From: Candidatus Moranbacteria bacterium GW2011_GWC2_37_8
Lineage (GTDB): Bacteria > Patescibacteriota > Minisyncoccia > Moranbacterales > GWC2-37-73
DNA: 37,947 bases
Reading direction: 5' to 3'
Assembly (NCBI GenBank): GCA_000992165.1
Contig: LBTS01000002.1
Coordinates: 1-37,947, forward strand
Positions 7,943 to 17,334 of this stretch are shown here, piece by piece. Under the pieces are notes generated by a model. The model was not told where the DNA came from. It saw only the letters and a program-made list of their open reading frames with translations, and made no database searches. The stretch's first letter is position 1. The number at the start of each line of letters is the position of its first letter. Both the position numbers and the translations under genes were made by a program.

Positions 7943-8209
7943 CTACTTCATCTCTATTACCGGTTTGCAGCATCCCGATCCGCTTCCCTTTTGTCCTTCA
8001 CATACCGGGCATATCTCGCCCCCGTAGATACGCGGAAGCCTCATCTCGACAGTTTCATCCCTGACAGAGCAGTAAACCGTGAAAAACGGACGCTCTTCCT
8101 GGAAGCGACTACTGTCCAGAATCTCCTTCGAACTCTGAGGAGTTCTGCCGATATTGAAAGGCCTCGAGGACTGAACGTGGGATGGCACAGACTTAACACC
8201 ACATGACAT
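7943..8209 (-). CDS. small Cys-rich hypothetical protein (88 aa), possible zinc ribbon
   Basis: AAAGGAG SD before ATG 8209 (alternative GTG 8263 also has an SD); C...CPVC...CC. Confidence 0.6.
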   Translation of the reverse strand: MSCGVKSVPSHVQSSRPFNIGRTPQSSKEILDSSRFQEERPFFTVYCSVRDETVEMRLPRIYGGEICPVCEGQKGSGSGCCKPVIEMK

Positions 8210-8300
8210 ATACGACGCTCCTTTTATAACTAAAGTTTTTGCAACACTGATTACATCAAGCACTTGTCTCCTTTACGTTTAAATGCATCTCAAATCGTAG

Positions 8301-8438
8301 TTAACTTTTACTGCACCCCTTGCCGCAGTCGCCAAAACAAGTGAAGCCATCAGCAGCCTTACACCCTTGGGTTATAGCCTGTTCAATCTTCAACTTCGCC
8401 AATTTCGGTGTTTCCTCAGTTGTTGAACTCTCTTTCAT
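8301..8438 (-). CDS. 45-aa Cys-rich peptide
   Basis: AGGGGG SD; MKESSTTEETPKLAKLKIEQAITQGCKAADGFTCFGDCGKGCSKS. Confidence 0.6.
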   Translation of the reverse strand: MKESSTTEETPKLAKLKIEQAITQGCKAADGFTCFGDCGKGCSKS

Positions 8439-8502
8439 GTTACCCCCTAGTGTTGGAATCAGCGCCGCAAGACGGTGCTGTTGAAAATTGTCTTGAACTT
8501 TT

Positions 8503-8661
8503 TCAATCTCCGAAGCAGTGTTGCTGCTTGCAAGGATGAGGGCATTCACAACTTTCAACCGCCCCCACTATTTCCTGCACATTACCTGGAACTTTGGACA
8601 ACTTCTTTTCAACCTCTTGGACCTCTTCTTCCGAAATTCCAACTTCTTCCATGGTTGCCAT
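8503..8661 (-). CDS. 52-aa acidic/Cys-rich peptide
   Basis: GGAGGT SD before ATG 8661; MATMEEVGISEEEVQ...CECPHPCKQQHCFGD. Confidence 0.6.
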   Translation of the reverse strand: MATMEEVGISEEEVQEVEKKLSKVPGNVQEIVGAVESCECPHPCKQQHCFGD

Positions 8662-8847
8662 TTTCGCACCTCCGTGCTTAGTTCTTACACTATCGTAATA
8701 GTCCTCGCCTGATAAAACATGCATAAACAACCACACTCCATTTTATAAATTTTTAAAGAAGATATTGTTTATATAAAAAATCTCCAAATTTTAAATTTGT
8801 ATTCTGTATTCTGTATTTTCTACCTCCTACATTCTAATTCCTACCTC

Positions 8848-9087
8848 CTATTCCTTCGGCACCGGATCATATCCTCCATCATTCCAAGGATGACATCTGA
8901 AAAATCTCTTAATTCCAAGCCATCCACCTCTCAACACACCAAATCTTTCAACTGCTTCATACATATAATGGCTGCACGATGGATGAAAACGACAAATTCG
9001 ACCCTTCCAAAACCATGAAGGAATTCCATGGTCGAGCGAAAAAACTTTCTGATAAACCCTAATTAACAGTAAAAAAAACTTTTTCAT
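8848..9087 (-). CDS. yidD: membrane protein insertion efficiency factor YidD
   Basis: [30 protein letters not shown]. Confidence 0.95.
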   Translation of the reverse strand: MKKFFLLLIRVYQKVFSLDHGIPSWFWKGRICRFHPSCSHYMYEAVERFGVLRGGWLGIKRFFRCHPWNDGGYDPVPKE

Positions 9088-9180
9088 ATGTAAATAATCT
9101 ACATTGATTAGTGACCTTTGTCAATTAAAAGAAAATGGTTTATAATCGACATATAGAGTAGTAGGTTTTCAATAAATTAT

Positions 9181-9208
9181 GTCGTCCCGCACTTGATGCG
9201 GGATCCAG
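9181..9208. repeat. REP-like palindrome
   Basis: GTCGTCCCGCACTTGATGCGGGATCCAG, 27/28 identical to 29231-29258. Confidence 0.85.
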
Positions 9209-9283
9209 ACAGCGCACTAATCAGACTACGCCTAGATTCAGTTTTTCGGATATAACTAAAACAAAAAATTAAAATAAACGAAG

Positions 9284-10192
9284 ATGAAAACAGTTGAATT
9301 CAAAAATATAACATGGATAGATTTTTCTGATCCAAGTGCGGATGATGTTCTTTATCTTCAAGAAAATTTTGACATTCATCCTATTGCTATTGAAGAATTT
9401 GTCACACCTACATATAGAGCAAAAGCCACGCAATATAATAATTGCATCTTCCTGACGATCCACGTTCCCCTGTATGATGCCAAAACCAGAACAACTTTCC
9501 CAGGCGAATTGGATATTGTAGTGACAAAAGACCACCTAATCACCGGGCACAATAAAGAAATTGTAGAACTTAATACTTTTTTTGCTTCACTGGAAGGCAG
9601 CGAAGGCAAACGACGAATTTATATGAGCAAAAGTCCTGCTCACCTTCTATATAGCATTCTCGAAATGCTTTTGGAATCGTGTTTTCCGCGCATTGACCAT
9701 ATTCATGAAAAACTTATCAACATTGAGGAACAAGTTTTCAATGGCAAAGAAAAAGAAATGGTTTTTGAAATTTCAATCGTAAAACGTGACATTCTTAATT
9801 TTCGCCGAACATTGAAACCACAGCGACATATCATTGAATCATTGGGGCAAATGAAAACTGATTTGGTTCCTTCGGAACTTGCTTTATATTTCCAAGATTT
9901 AACAGGAACAAACATCCGACTATGGAACGCGCTGGAAAGCAACAAGGAAACAATTGAATCCATGGAAGAAACAAACAATTCACTGCTTTCAAATAAATTA
10001 AACTTCACCATGAAAGTTCTTACTGTTTTTTCGGCAGTAATGATGCCTATGACAGTTTATTCAAACATACTAGCAATGAGCGCAGACATCCCTTTTGGGA
10101 AAAGTCCACACGCCTTCGCTATTCATTCTTCAATAATGCTTTTGATGTCCGTATTCACCATACTCTTCTTTAAAGCGAAGAAATGGCTGTAA
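9284..10192 (+). CDS. corA: CorA-family divalent cation transporter
   Basis: WIDFSDP, FDIHPIAIEE, LYFQDL, MKVLTVFS, two C-terminal TM helices; GMN motif appears as AMS. Confidence 0.9.
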   Translation: MKTVEFKNITWIDFSDPSADDVLYLQENFDIHPIAIEEFVTPTYRAKATQYNNCIFLTIHVPLYDAKTRTTFPGELDIVVTKDHLITGHNKEIVELNTFFASLEGSEGKRRIYMSKSPAHLLYSILEMLLESCFPRIDHIHEKLINIEEQVFNGKEKEMVFEISIVKRDILNFRRTLKPQRHIIESLGQMKTDLVPSELALYFQDLTGTNIRLWNALESNKETIESMEETNNSLLSNKLNFTMKVLTVFSAVMMPMTVYSNILAMSADIPFGKSPHAFAIHSSIMLLMSVFTILFFKAKKWL

Positions 10193-10194
10193 AC

Positions 10195-10267
10195 AGCTTT
10201 TTAGGCATTAGCTTTTTAGCTTCTTAGAAAAATACCAACTAATCGCAGAATTATTTTAGCTTTTTAG
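10195..10267. repeat. TTAGCTTY octamer array (left arm)
   Basis: AGCTTTTTAGGCATTAGCTTTTTAGCTTCTTAG ... TTAGCTTTTTAG. Confidence 0.8.
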
Positions 10268-10275
10268 AAATCTTT

Positions 10276-10632
10276 ATGATCAATTCTTATAAGGATCTTA
10301 TCGTATGGCAAAGATCCATGGAATTAGTTGTTGAAATATACAGGCTTTCTGACTTATTTCCAAAGTCAGAAATATATGGTATTGTGTCTCAAATGCGGAG
10401 AGCTGCTGTTTCTATACCATCAAATATAGCAGAAGGAAGAAAAAGGAGCACAAGAAAGGATTTCAGACAATTTATCATCATTGCTTATGCAAGTGCATCT
10501 GAATTAGAAACGCAGATTGAAATCTCTAAAAGATTAAATTTTATTAAATTAGAAGAATATTTAAAAACTGATGCTTTATTACTGGAAACTATAAAAATGT
10601 TAAATAAAATGATTTCCACATTGAAAAACTAG
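10276..10632 (+). CDS. four-helix-bundle protein (23S rRNA intervening-sequence protein / TIGR02436-like)
   Basis: SYKDLIVWQRS, FPKSEIYGIVSQMRRAAVSIPSNIAEG, ASASELETQ. Confidence 0.95.
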   Translation: MINSYKDLIVWQRSMELVVEIYRLSDLFPKSEIYGIVSQMRRAAVSIPSNIAEGRKRSTRKDFRQFIIIAYASASELETQIEISKRLNFIKLEEYLKTDALLLETIKMLNKMISTLKN

Positions 10633-10660
10633 AGCCAGCAATCGGAATTAAAATTTAAAC

Positions 10661-10687
10661 CTAAGAAGCTAAGGCCTAATAAGCTAG
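10661..10687. repeat. inverted CTAAGAAG octamer array (right arm)
   Basis: CTAAGAAGCTAAGGCCTAATAAGCTAG; 10661-10672 is the exact reverse complement of 10216-10227. Confidence 0.8.
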
Positions 10688-10693
10688 AAATAT

Positions 10694-12121
10694 ATGCTTT
10701 ACCTATACAATACACTATCAAAATCTAAGGAAATTTTTAACTCTCTCCATCCCGGTAAGGTCGGGATGTATAGCTGTGGACCGACCGTGTATGGCTATGT
10801 TCATATTGGAAACATTCGGGCATATCTTTTGTCTGACACTATCAGGCGATATTTGGAATACATTGGATATGAAGTACGCTTAATTAAAAATATTACCGAC
10901 GTCGGACATCTTACTGCTGACGACGTTGCGCAAGGAGATAGCGGCGAAGACAAAATGCTAGCAGCAGCGCTCAAAGAAAAAAAGACGCCGGAAGAAATTG
11001 CGAAATTTTATGAAACATATTTCAAAAACGTTGAGAAGCAGCTTAACATCATTCCTGCACAATATTTTCCCCGAGCAACCGCTCATGTGCCTCAGATGAT
11101 TAAGATTATTGAAGGATTGATTGAAAAAGGATTTGCTTATGAAAAGAATGGTAACGTGTTTTTTGATGTTACAAAATTTGAAGATTATGGAGAACTTTCC
11201 GGCAACACCTTGGAAAATTTGAAAGTTGGAGCGCGCCTTGAAGAACATCCTGATAAGAATAATCCTTGGGATTTTGCACTATGGCTAAAAGCTCCATCTG
11301 AACATATTTTAAAATGGGATTCTCCTTGGTCAATTGGCTATCCAGGTTGGCATATTGAATGCAGCGCCATGAGCACTGAATATTTAGGAAACACGATCGA
11401 CATCCATACCGGAGGTGAAGATAATATTTTTCCACACCATGAAGCAGAGATTGCTCAAACCGAATGTTTCACTGGACAGAAATATGTAAAGTATTGGGTG
11501 CATGGACGTCACCTCTTGATGAATGGTGAAAAAATGAGCAAGTCAAAAGGAAATCTATACAAACTTGAAGATATCATTGAAAAAGGATTTTCCGCCATGG
11601 ATTTGCGTTTGCTTTTCCTTTCTTCACACCATCGTTCACAAATGGATTTTTCATGGGAAGCTTTGGCGCAGGCACACAAGAATCTGCAGCGAATTAATGA
11701 TTTCGTTTTCAACCTTGAAGTAATTTCAAAAACAGAAAAAGATGGAGATTCTTTCGACATAGTCTCATATCGTGAAAAATTTGAAGCTGCAATGGACGAC
11801 GACCTCAATACTCCTCTCTCATTAGCTGTCCTATATGAAATGATTACAAATATCAATAAGCAAATTGCAGAAGATAAACTTTCAGCAACCGATGCGAAAA
11901 ACGCCTTAGCATTTTGGAAAAAAATAAATTCTGTTTTTGGATTTGTCTTGCAGGGTCAAGCTGAGATTCCTCAAGAAATAAAAGATTTGGTTAGACAGCG
12001 AGAACTTGCTCGTGAAGGAAAAGATTTCAAAAAATCAGATGAACTTAGAGCTTTGATTGAAAAACATGGTTTTATTGTGGAAGATTCAAAAGACGGACCA
12101 ATCGTAAAACCAGCTTCTTAG
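10694..12121 (+). CDS. cysS: cysteine--tRNA ligase
   Basis: [41 protein letters not shown]. Confidence 0.99.
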   Translation: MLYLYNTLSKSKEIFNSLHPGKVGMYSCGPTVYGYVHIGNIRAYLLSDTIRRYLEYIGYEVRLIKNITDVGHLTADDVAQGDSGEDKMLAAALKEKKTPEEIAKFYETYFKNVEKQLNIIPAQYFPRATAHVPQMIKIIEGLIEKGFAYEKNGNVFFDVTKFEDYGELSGNTLENLKVGARLEEHPDKNNPWDFALWLKAPSEHILKWDSPWSIGYPGWHIECSAMSTEYLGNTIDIHTGGEDNIFPHHEAEIAQTECFTGQKYVKYWVHGRHLLMNGEKMSKSKGNLYKLEDIIEKGFSAMDLRLLFLSSHHRSQMDFSWEALAQAHKNLQRINDFVFNLEVISKTEKDGDSFDIVSYREKFEAAMDDDLNTPLSLAVLYEMITNINKQIAEDKLSATDAKNALAFWKKINSVFGFVLQGQAEIPQEIKDLVRQRELAREGKDFKKSDELRALIEKHGFIVEDSKDGPIVKPAS

Positions 12122-12158
12122 GCATTAGCTTTTTAGGCATAGCTTCTTAGAAAAAAAG

Positions 12159-12198
12159 AAAAGACGAGAGCCACGCAGTTACGCAACTCTCGTCTTTT
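12159..12198. terminator. bidirectional terminator
   Basis: AAAAGACGAGAG ... CTCTCGTCTTTT between cysS and a convergent small ORF. Confidence 0.8.
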
Positions 12199-12220
12199 TG
12201 ATTCTTGCGACACTTGTGGC

Positions 12221-12425
12221 TTAGCGCCTAAAAACTGAACGAATACCCAGAAACGCCAGTCCGCCTAGCACCCCAACGGCCGCGAATACAGGTAAAGCGG
12301 GAGCACCTACAGAAGTTGCAGCAAGCAATCCAACCCCCCTTTGCGCCAAGAGCAAACGAAGACGCTGCGCCGACACCCGCCCCAGATCCACCATACCTCA
12401 CTACCCTTCCTAAACCTTTTTTCAT
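12221..12425 (-). pseudogene. glycine-zipper membrane peptide (67 aa), frameshifted at a G6 run
   Basis: TAAGGAG SD and TTGACA-N17-CAAGAT promoter; removing one G at 12334-12339 gives a coherent Gly/Ala-rich hydrophobic peptide ending at TAA 12221. Confidence 0.6.
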
Positions 12426-12703
12426 GCGAAATACTCCTTAAGTTGTATTTAGTGAGTTTTACCCACTATTAAAATAACTTAGATATCTTGCCATTGTTTA
12501 GCGCCCATGTCAATCTGTGTGCAAATCGTGCACAAAACGCAAACTTTTTGCTGTTGCTAAGCTCTGCACACTTGCTATAATAAACTAGCTTAGTAGCTTG
12601 TAGGAATTAGGTTGTGGTAATTTTCATTTTCGACTTTTTCCCATCTTGCATACTACGTCCCACATCCTACATCCTACATCCTAATTCCTAATTCCTATCC
12701 CCT

Positions 12704-14119
12704 GTGGCTCGAGAATTTCAAAATTTCAAAAAGAAGGAAGCTAGAACATTGGCTGATTTCGGCGATTTACGAACGCCTCCACATAACCTCGAAGCAGAGC
12801 AATCAATCCTAGGTTCTTTAATGCTAGAAAAAGATGCCGTCATCAAAGTTGCCGATCTTTTGAAAGTTGGAGACTTCTACAAAGACATTCACAACACCAT
12901 CTATGAAACAATGCTTGAACTCTATGAACAAAGAGAACCTCTAGATGTTCTCAGTATCTCCAATAAGCTTGATGAAAAAAAAGAATTGGAAAGAATTGGA
13001 GGCTCGAGTTATCTCGCCTCTTTGGTTGGTAGTGTTCCCTCGGCTTCTCACATAGTACATTATGCTAAAGTTGTACAAAAAAAAGCACTACTTCGAAGAC
13101 TTATTCTCGCTGCCAGTGAAATTATTGAGGCTGGTTTTCGCGAGGGAGATGATGTGGAAAAAATTCTTGATGAAGCTGAACAGAAACTTTTTGCAGTTTC
13201 ACAAAAATATATCAAACAGGATTTCATGCCAATTCGTTCAATTTTGGAATCTGCCTTCAACCGAATTGATGAACTTCACCGCGACGGAAACAAGTTTCGC
13301 GGTATCCCGACTGGATTTATTGATCTTGATAACATTTTGGCTGGTCTGCAAAAATCAGACCTTTTAATCTTGGCAGCCCGACCTTCAGTTGGAAAAACAT
13401 CGCTTGCTTTGGATATCGCCAGACATGTGGCTGTTCGCGAAAATGCGGCAGTAGCCATGTTCTCATTGGAAATGGGCGCCGATCAGCTTGTTGACCGTAT
13501 GCTTGCAGCAGAAGCCAATGTTGATCTTTGGAGACTCAGAACTGGACGCCTCAAAAGTGAAGGAGAGAATAATGACTTTCAAAGAATTGGTGAAGCAATG
13601 GGAATCCTTTCTGAAGCCAAACTTTTTATTGATGACACTGCTAGCGCCAACATTATGGAAATGCGAACGATGGCGCGTCGTCTTCAGGCAGACAACAACC
13701 TTGGACTTATCATCATCGACTACTTGCAGCTTATGGAAGGACGCGGTGGAGATAATCGCGTGCAGGAAATTTCAGAAATTTCTCGCGGACTCAAAAACCT
13801 GGCTCGCGAACTTAACATCCCTATCATTGCCCTATCACAGCTTTCTCGTGCTGTTGAATCACGTTCTCCCCAAATTCCTAAACTATCCGATCTTCGTGAA
13901 TCCGGTTCTATTGAGCAAGACGCCGATGTTGTTCTTTTCCTCTACCGCGAAGACAGAGAAAAACCAGACACACCAAATAAAGGTATCGTAAAGATAATCA
14001 TCGCTAAACATCGTAATGGACCTGTGGGCGAAGTTAGCGCATTCTTCCAAGAAAATTCAGCTTCATTCCGTTCACTTGAAAGAATCCACGGCGAAAATCA
14101 AGCTCCTCAAGAATTCTAA
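12704..14119 (+). CDS. dnaB: replicative DNA helicase DnaB
   Basis: PPHNLEAEQSILG, AARPSVGKT, FSLEM, IIDYLQLM, LSQLSR, DLRESGSIEQDAD. Confidence 0.99.
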   Translation: MAREFQNFKKKEARTLADFGDLRTPPHNLEAEQSILGSLMLEKDAVIKVADLLKVGDFYKDIHNTIYETMLELYEQREPLDVLSISNKLDEKKELERIGGSSYLASLVGSVPSASHIVHYAKVVQKKALLRRLILAASEIIEAGFREGDDVEKILDEAEQKLFAVSQKYIKQDFMPIRSILESAFNRIDELHRDGNKFRGIPTGFIDLDNILAGLQKSDLLILAARPSVGKTSLALDIARHVAVRENAAVAMFSLEMGADQLVDRMLAAEANVDLWRLRTGRLKSEGENNDFQRIGEAMGILSEAKLFIDDTASANIMEMRTMARRLQADNNLGLIIIDYLQLMEGRGGDNRVQEISEISRGLKNLARELNIPIIALSQLSRAVESRSPQIPKLSDLRESGSIEQDADVVLFLYREDREKPDTPNKGIVKIIIAKHRNGPVGEVSAFFQENSASFRSLERIHGENQAPQEF

Positions 14120-14121
14120 TT

Positions 14122-14217
14122 CTGTAGCATGTATTTTGTAGAATGTATATTGTATGAAATTCAAAATACAATTCATTTCGTACAATACATGATATTTTAT
14201 ACATAATACATTATACT
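14122..14217. repeat. empty inverted heptamer array pair (TGTA-type / TACA-type)
   Basis: TGTAGCA TGTATTT TGTAGAA TGTATAT TGTATGA versus TACAATACATGATATTTTATACATAATACATTATAC. Confidence 0.75.
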
Positions 14218-14223
14218 ATCCCC

Positions 14224-14808
14224 ATGTATCCCAAAGCTTTCCAAAAACTAATAAAAAATCTTGCTTCCCTTCCTTCTGTCGGTCCAAAAATGGCCGAACG
14301 TCTTGTACTTTTTCTTTTCAAGCAGGATATTGAAAAAATACGTGATTTTGCAGAAAATCTTTTGGAAATAAAAAACATGAGAATCTGCCATCGCTGCTAT
14401 AATATTGCAGAAGGAGAACTTTGTGAATATTGCAAGGATGACAAGCGAGACCAGCATTCAATTTGTGTCGTCGAAGAACCGCTCGACATCATCTCCCTTG
14501 AACGCACGAAAGCTTATCAAGGTTTATATCACGTCCTCGGCGGTGTTATTCAAGTTGGAGATTCCGGCGCTGAACTCAAAATTCCAGAGCTTATCAGCCG
14601 CATTGAAAAAGAAAAAATTACTGAAGTTATCTTTGCAACAAATCCAACCACTGAAGGAGATGCAACTGCGCTATATTTAAAAAGAAAAATCCAACCTCTA
14701 AGCATCAAGATAACTCGTCTAGGTCGAGGTCTTTCAACAGGAGCAGATCTTGAATATGCCGATGAGCTTACAATTTCGGAAGCATTGACAAATAGAAAGG
14801 TTTTATAA
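14224..14808 (+). CDS. recR: recombination mediator RecR
   Basis: LPSVGPKMAERL, C4 zinc finger, ICVVEEP, YHVLGG, ATNPTTEGDATA, LEYADE. Confidence 0.98.
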   Translation: MYPKAFQKLIKNLASLPSVGPKMAERLVLFLFKQDIEKIRDFAENLLEIKNMRICHRCYNIAEGELCEYCKDDKRDQHSICVVEEPLDIISLERTKAYQGLYHVLGGVIQVGDSGAELKIPELISRIEKEKITEVIFATNPTTEGDATALYLKRKIQPLSIKITRLGRGLSTGADLEYADELTISEALTNRKVL

Positions 14809-14827
14809 AAAAATTTACAAGCATACA

Positions 14828-14857
14828 AAAAACCGAAAGCTTTCGCCTTCGGTTTTT
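14828..14857. terminator. bidirectional terminator between recR and rplU
   Basis: AAAAACCGAA-AGC-tttc-GCC-TTCGGTTTTT (one A/C mismatch in the inner stem). Confidence 0.8.
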
Positions 14858-14915
14858 AAAAAAGTATATTCAAAGCATGTCTACATGTTTAAATGTTTGT
14901 ATGCTTAAATGATTC

Positions 14916-15224
14916 TTACGCAATCTTAGTGATTTCCACTTCAGTGAAAAGTTGTTTGTGACCAAATTTAACTTTATATCGTTTCTTTGGTTTATGCTTA
15001 ATTCCCCAAACTTTTTTGTGACGTCCTTGCTCAACAATTGTTCCCTCCACAATTGCTCCAGCCACCAATGGAGTTCCGATTTTCACATCAGTCTCATCTC
15101 CAATGAAAAGCACTTCTTCAAAAGTAAGTTTTGCTCCGTCTTCACCTTCAAGCTTTTCAATCTTAATCTTATCGCCAACAGCGACTTTGTATTGCTTTCC
15201 ACCAGTTTTAATAATTGCCAACAT
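14916..15224 (-). CDS. rplU: 50S ribosomal protein L21
   Basis: MLAIIKTGGKQYKV, IGTPLV, KKRYKVKFGHKQLFT; start moved to ATG 15224. Confidence 0.98.
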   Translation of the reverse strand: MLAIIKTGGKQYKVAVGDKIKIEKLEGEDGAKLTFEEVLFIGDETDVKIGTPLVAGAIVEGTIVEQGRHKKVWGIKHKPKKRYKVKFGHKQLFTEVEITKIA

Positions 15225-15300
15225 GTCATTAATATAGATAATTGTTACTAAATCAGTATACCCCAAAGCAAAAAACTTGTCAATAAAGGGAGTTTTTTGA

Positions 15301-15423
15301 AAATTCCCAATTTCTAATTCCTAATTTCTAATGAATTTCAAATGCCGAATTTTAAACTTTTGAACGATTTCATCATTTAAATTGGAATTTTATTGGAAAT
15401 TAGATATTAGTTATTAGTAATTT
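15301..15423. repeat. empty inverted heptamer array pair (TTCTAAT / ATTAG-type)
   Basis: Left AAATTCCCAATTTCTAATTCCTAATTTCTAATGAAT aligns in register with the reverse complement of 15371-15423. Confidence 0.8.
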
Positions 15424-15428
15424 ATGAT

Positions 15429-17291
15429 TTATTCCAACACTGCCTTAATCCTTCTCACTCCGGCGCTTGAGGCCTCTTCCTTTTGAATCCTGAAGCTTCC
15501 TAGAGCGCCAGTATGCTCTACATGGGGCCCACCACATATTTCCTTACTGAACAGCACCCCATCTTTTTCAGCGGTATAGACGGTCACTTTTTCGCCATAT
15601 TTTGACTCAAAAGCGCCCATTGCGCCTGCTTTTTTGGCTTCATCAAGCGTCATTTCCTCCTTTTTAACGACTGCATTAGCCTCAATTGCATCATTTACCA
15701 GTCTTTCAACCTCTTTTTTCTGTTCATCTGTCATTTTCTCGCCATGTGAAAAATCAAAGCGAAGGCGTTCAGCTGTGATATTTGAACCCTTTTGCATCAC
15801 GTGATCCCCTAAAACTTTACGCAAGGCAGACAACATCAAATGAGCCGCAGTATGAAGTTTGGTCGTTTCCTCTCCTGAATCTTGCAGCCCTCCCTTAAAC
15901 ATTCCAGCTGAAGCAGTGCGAGAAAGTTCTTGATGCTTTTTAAGTTCTTCATTGAACTCAACTTCGTCAACAGTCACATTTTTCTCATTCGCCAGTTCAA
16001 TCGTAAGCTCAAGTGGAAATCCATAAGTCTGATATAAATCAAAAGCATCTTTTCCAGAAATATTTTCTCCCGACATTTTATTAAATTGTCTCAAACCATT
16101 TTCGATTGTCTTTCTGAATTTCTCTTCTTCCTTCTTAAGTTCATCAAAAATAGTTGCGCGTTTCTTGTTAAGTTCGGGATATTGCTCGCTATACATTTGA
16201 ATCACAATTTCAGCCACGTTTACTGAAAAATCTTTTTCAATCCCGATCAATTTTCCATAACGTACCGCACGGCGAATAAGGCGTCTCAAGACATAACCTG
16301 CTCCAGTATTTAATGGAACAACTCCGTCGCCAATCAAAAATGTGCCGGCCTTTAAATGATCGCAAATGATCCTAAATGATTTTGTCACATCTTCACTTTC
16401 AGCATATTTTTTTCCTGAAAGCTCTTCGATTTTCAAAATGATAGCCGAAAATAAATCTGTTAAAAATATGTCTTGGGTATTTTCGCTTACCGCCACCATT
16501 CTTTCTAGTCCGCCACCGAAATCAATATTTCCCTTTGGAAGCTGCTCGAAACCTTTTTCGGTTTTAATATATTGCATGAAAACATTATTTCCGATTTCCA
16601 AGAAACGTCCACAGTCGCAGTTCACGTGACATGGCAAGTCTTTAAACTCAGATTTTTCATGGAGCCCCAATTCAACTCCGAAATCCCAAAACATTTCACT
16701 GTCCGGTCCGCCTAGCTCACCCAATGGCATATTATCAGGCACACCTGCGCGGCTCCACCAATTTTTCTTTTCTTCATAATAGAAAATTTTTCCACCTTGC
16801 ATTCCATCTCTTTCTGAAAAATCAACATCCTTAGCTTCGATTCCAACTTCAGCAAATTTTTCTTTCCAAAAACTCACAGCTTCTGTGTCGCGAGCAATTC
16901 CAAGCTTATCATTACCGCGAAAAACTGTGACGAAAAGTTTTTCAGGATCAAGTCCGATTTCTTTGGTCAGAAATTCAAACATCCAAGCCACCTGCTCTTT
17001 TTTGAAATAATCACCGAAAGACCAATTCCCCAACATTTCAAAAAATGTTGTGTGACGATTGTCGCCAACCTCTTCAATATCTTGAGCTCTGAAACATTTT
17101 TGCGAATCAACTAATCTTGTTCCCAATGGATGTTTTTCTCCAAGAAGATATTGGATCATTGGTTGCATTCCGCTGCCTGTGAAAAGTGTGGTTGGATCAT
17201 TTTCCGGAGTCAACAAAGCAGAAGGCACAATAGTATGCCCCTTGGATTCAAAAAATTTCAAATATTTAGTTCGCAGTTCGTTTGCATTCAT
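15429..17291 (-). CDS. alaS: alanine--tRNA ligase (short form without C-Ala)
   Basis: HTTFFEMLGNWSFGDYFK, IDFGGGLER, GYVLRRLIRRA, HTAAH, ICGGPHV, AGVRRIKA at the C-terminus. Confidence 0.99.
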   Translation of the reverse strand: MNANELRTKYLKFFESKGHTIVPSALLTPENDPTTLFTGSGMQPMIQYLLGEKHPLGTRLVDSQKCFRAQDIEEVGDNRHTTFFEMLGNWSFGDYFKKEQVAWMFEFLTKEIGLDPEKLFVTVFRGNDKLGIARDTEAVSFWKEKFAEVGIEAKDVDFSERDGMQGGKIFYYEEKKNWWSRAGVPDNMPLGELGGPDSEMFWDFGVELGLHEKSEFKDLPCHVNCDCGRFLEIGNNVFMQYIKTEKGFEQLPKGNIDFGGGLERMVAVSENTQDIFLTDLFSAIILKIEELSGKKYAESEDVTKSFRIICDHLKAGTFLIGDGVVPLNTGAGYVLRRLIRRAVRYGKLIGIEKDFSVNVAEIVIQMYSEQYPELNKKRATIFDELKKEEEKFRKTIENGLRQFNKMSGENISGKDAFDLYQTYGFPLELTIELANEKNVTVDEVEFNEELKKHQELSRTASAGMFKGGLQDSGEETTKLHTAAHLMLSALRKVLGDHVMQKGSNITAERLRFDFSHGEKMTDEQKKEVERLVNDAIEANAVVKKEEMTLDEAKKAGAMGAFESKYGEKVTVYTAEKDGVLFSKEICGGPHVEHTGALGSFRIQKEEASSAGVRRIKAVLE

Positions 17292-17334
17292 TATGATAGG
17301 GGTTAGGAATTAGGAAGTAGCTAGTTCTAAATTC

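Noticed and set aside
10276-10632. Diversity-generating retroelement, suggested by the Avd-like fold
   Set aside because: No reverse transcriptase and no TR/VR pair differing at adenines seen in the window; the motifs fit the 23S-IVP/TIGR02436 family better
12515-12572. DnaA boxes or replication origin upstream of dnaB
   Set aside because: Only loose TGTGCA/TGCACA matches; no cluster of TTWTNCACA boxes
15429-17291. AlaS truncation as a pseudogene
   Set aside because: Catalytic and editing motifs are intact, and C-Ala-less AlaS is a known natural form
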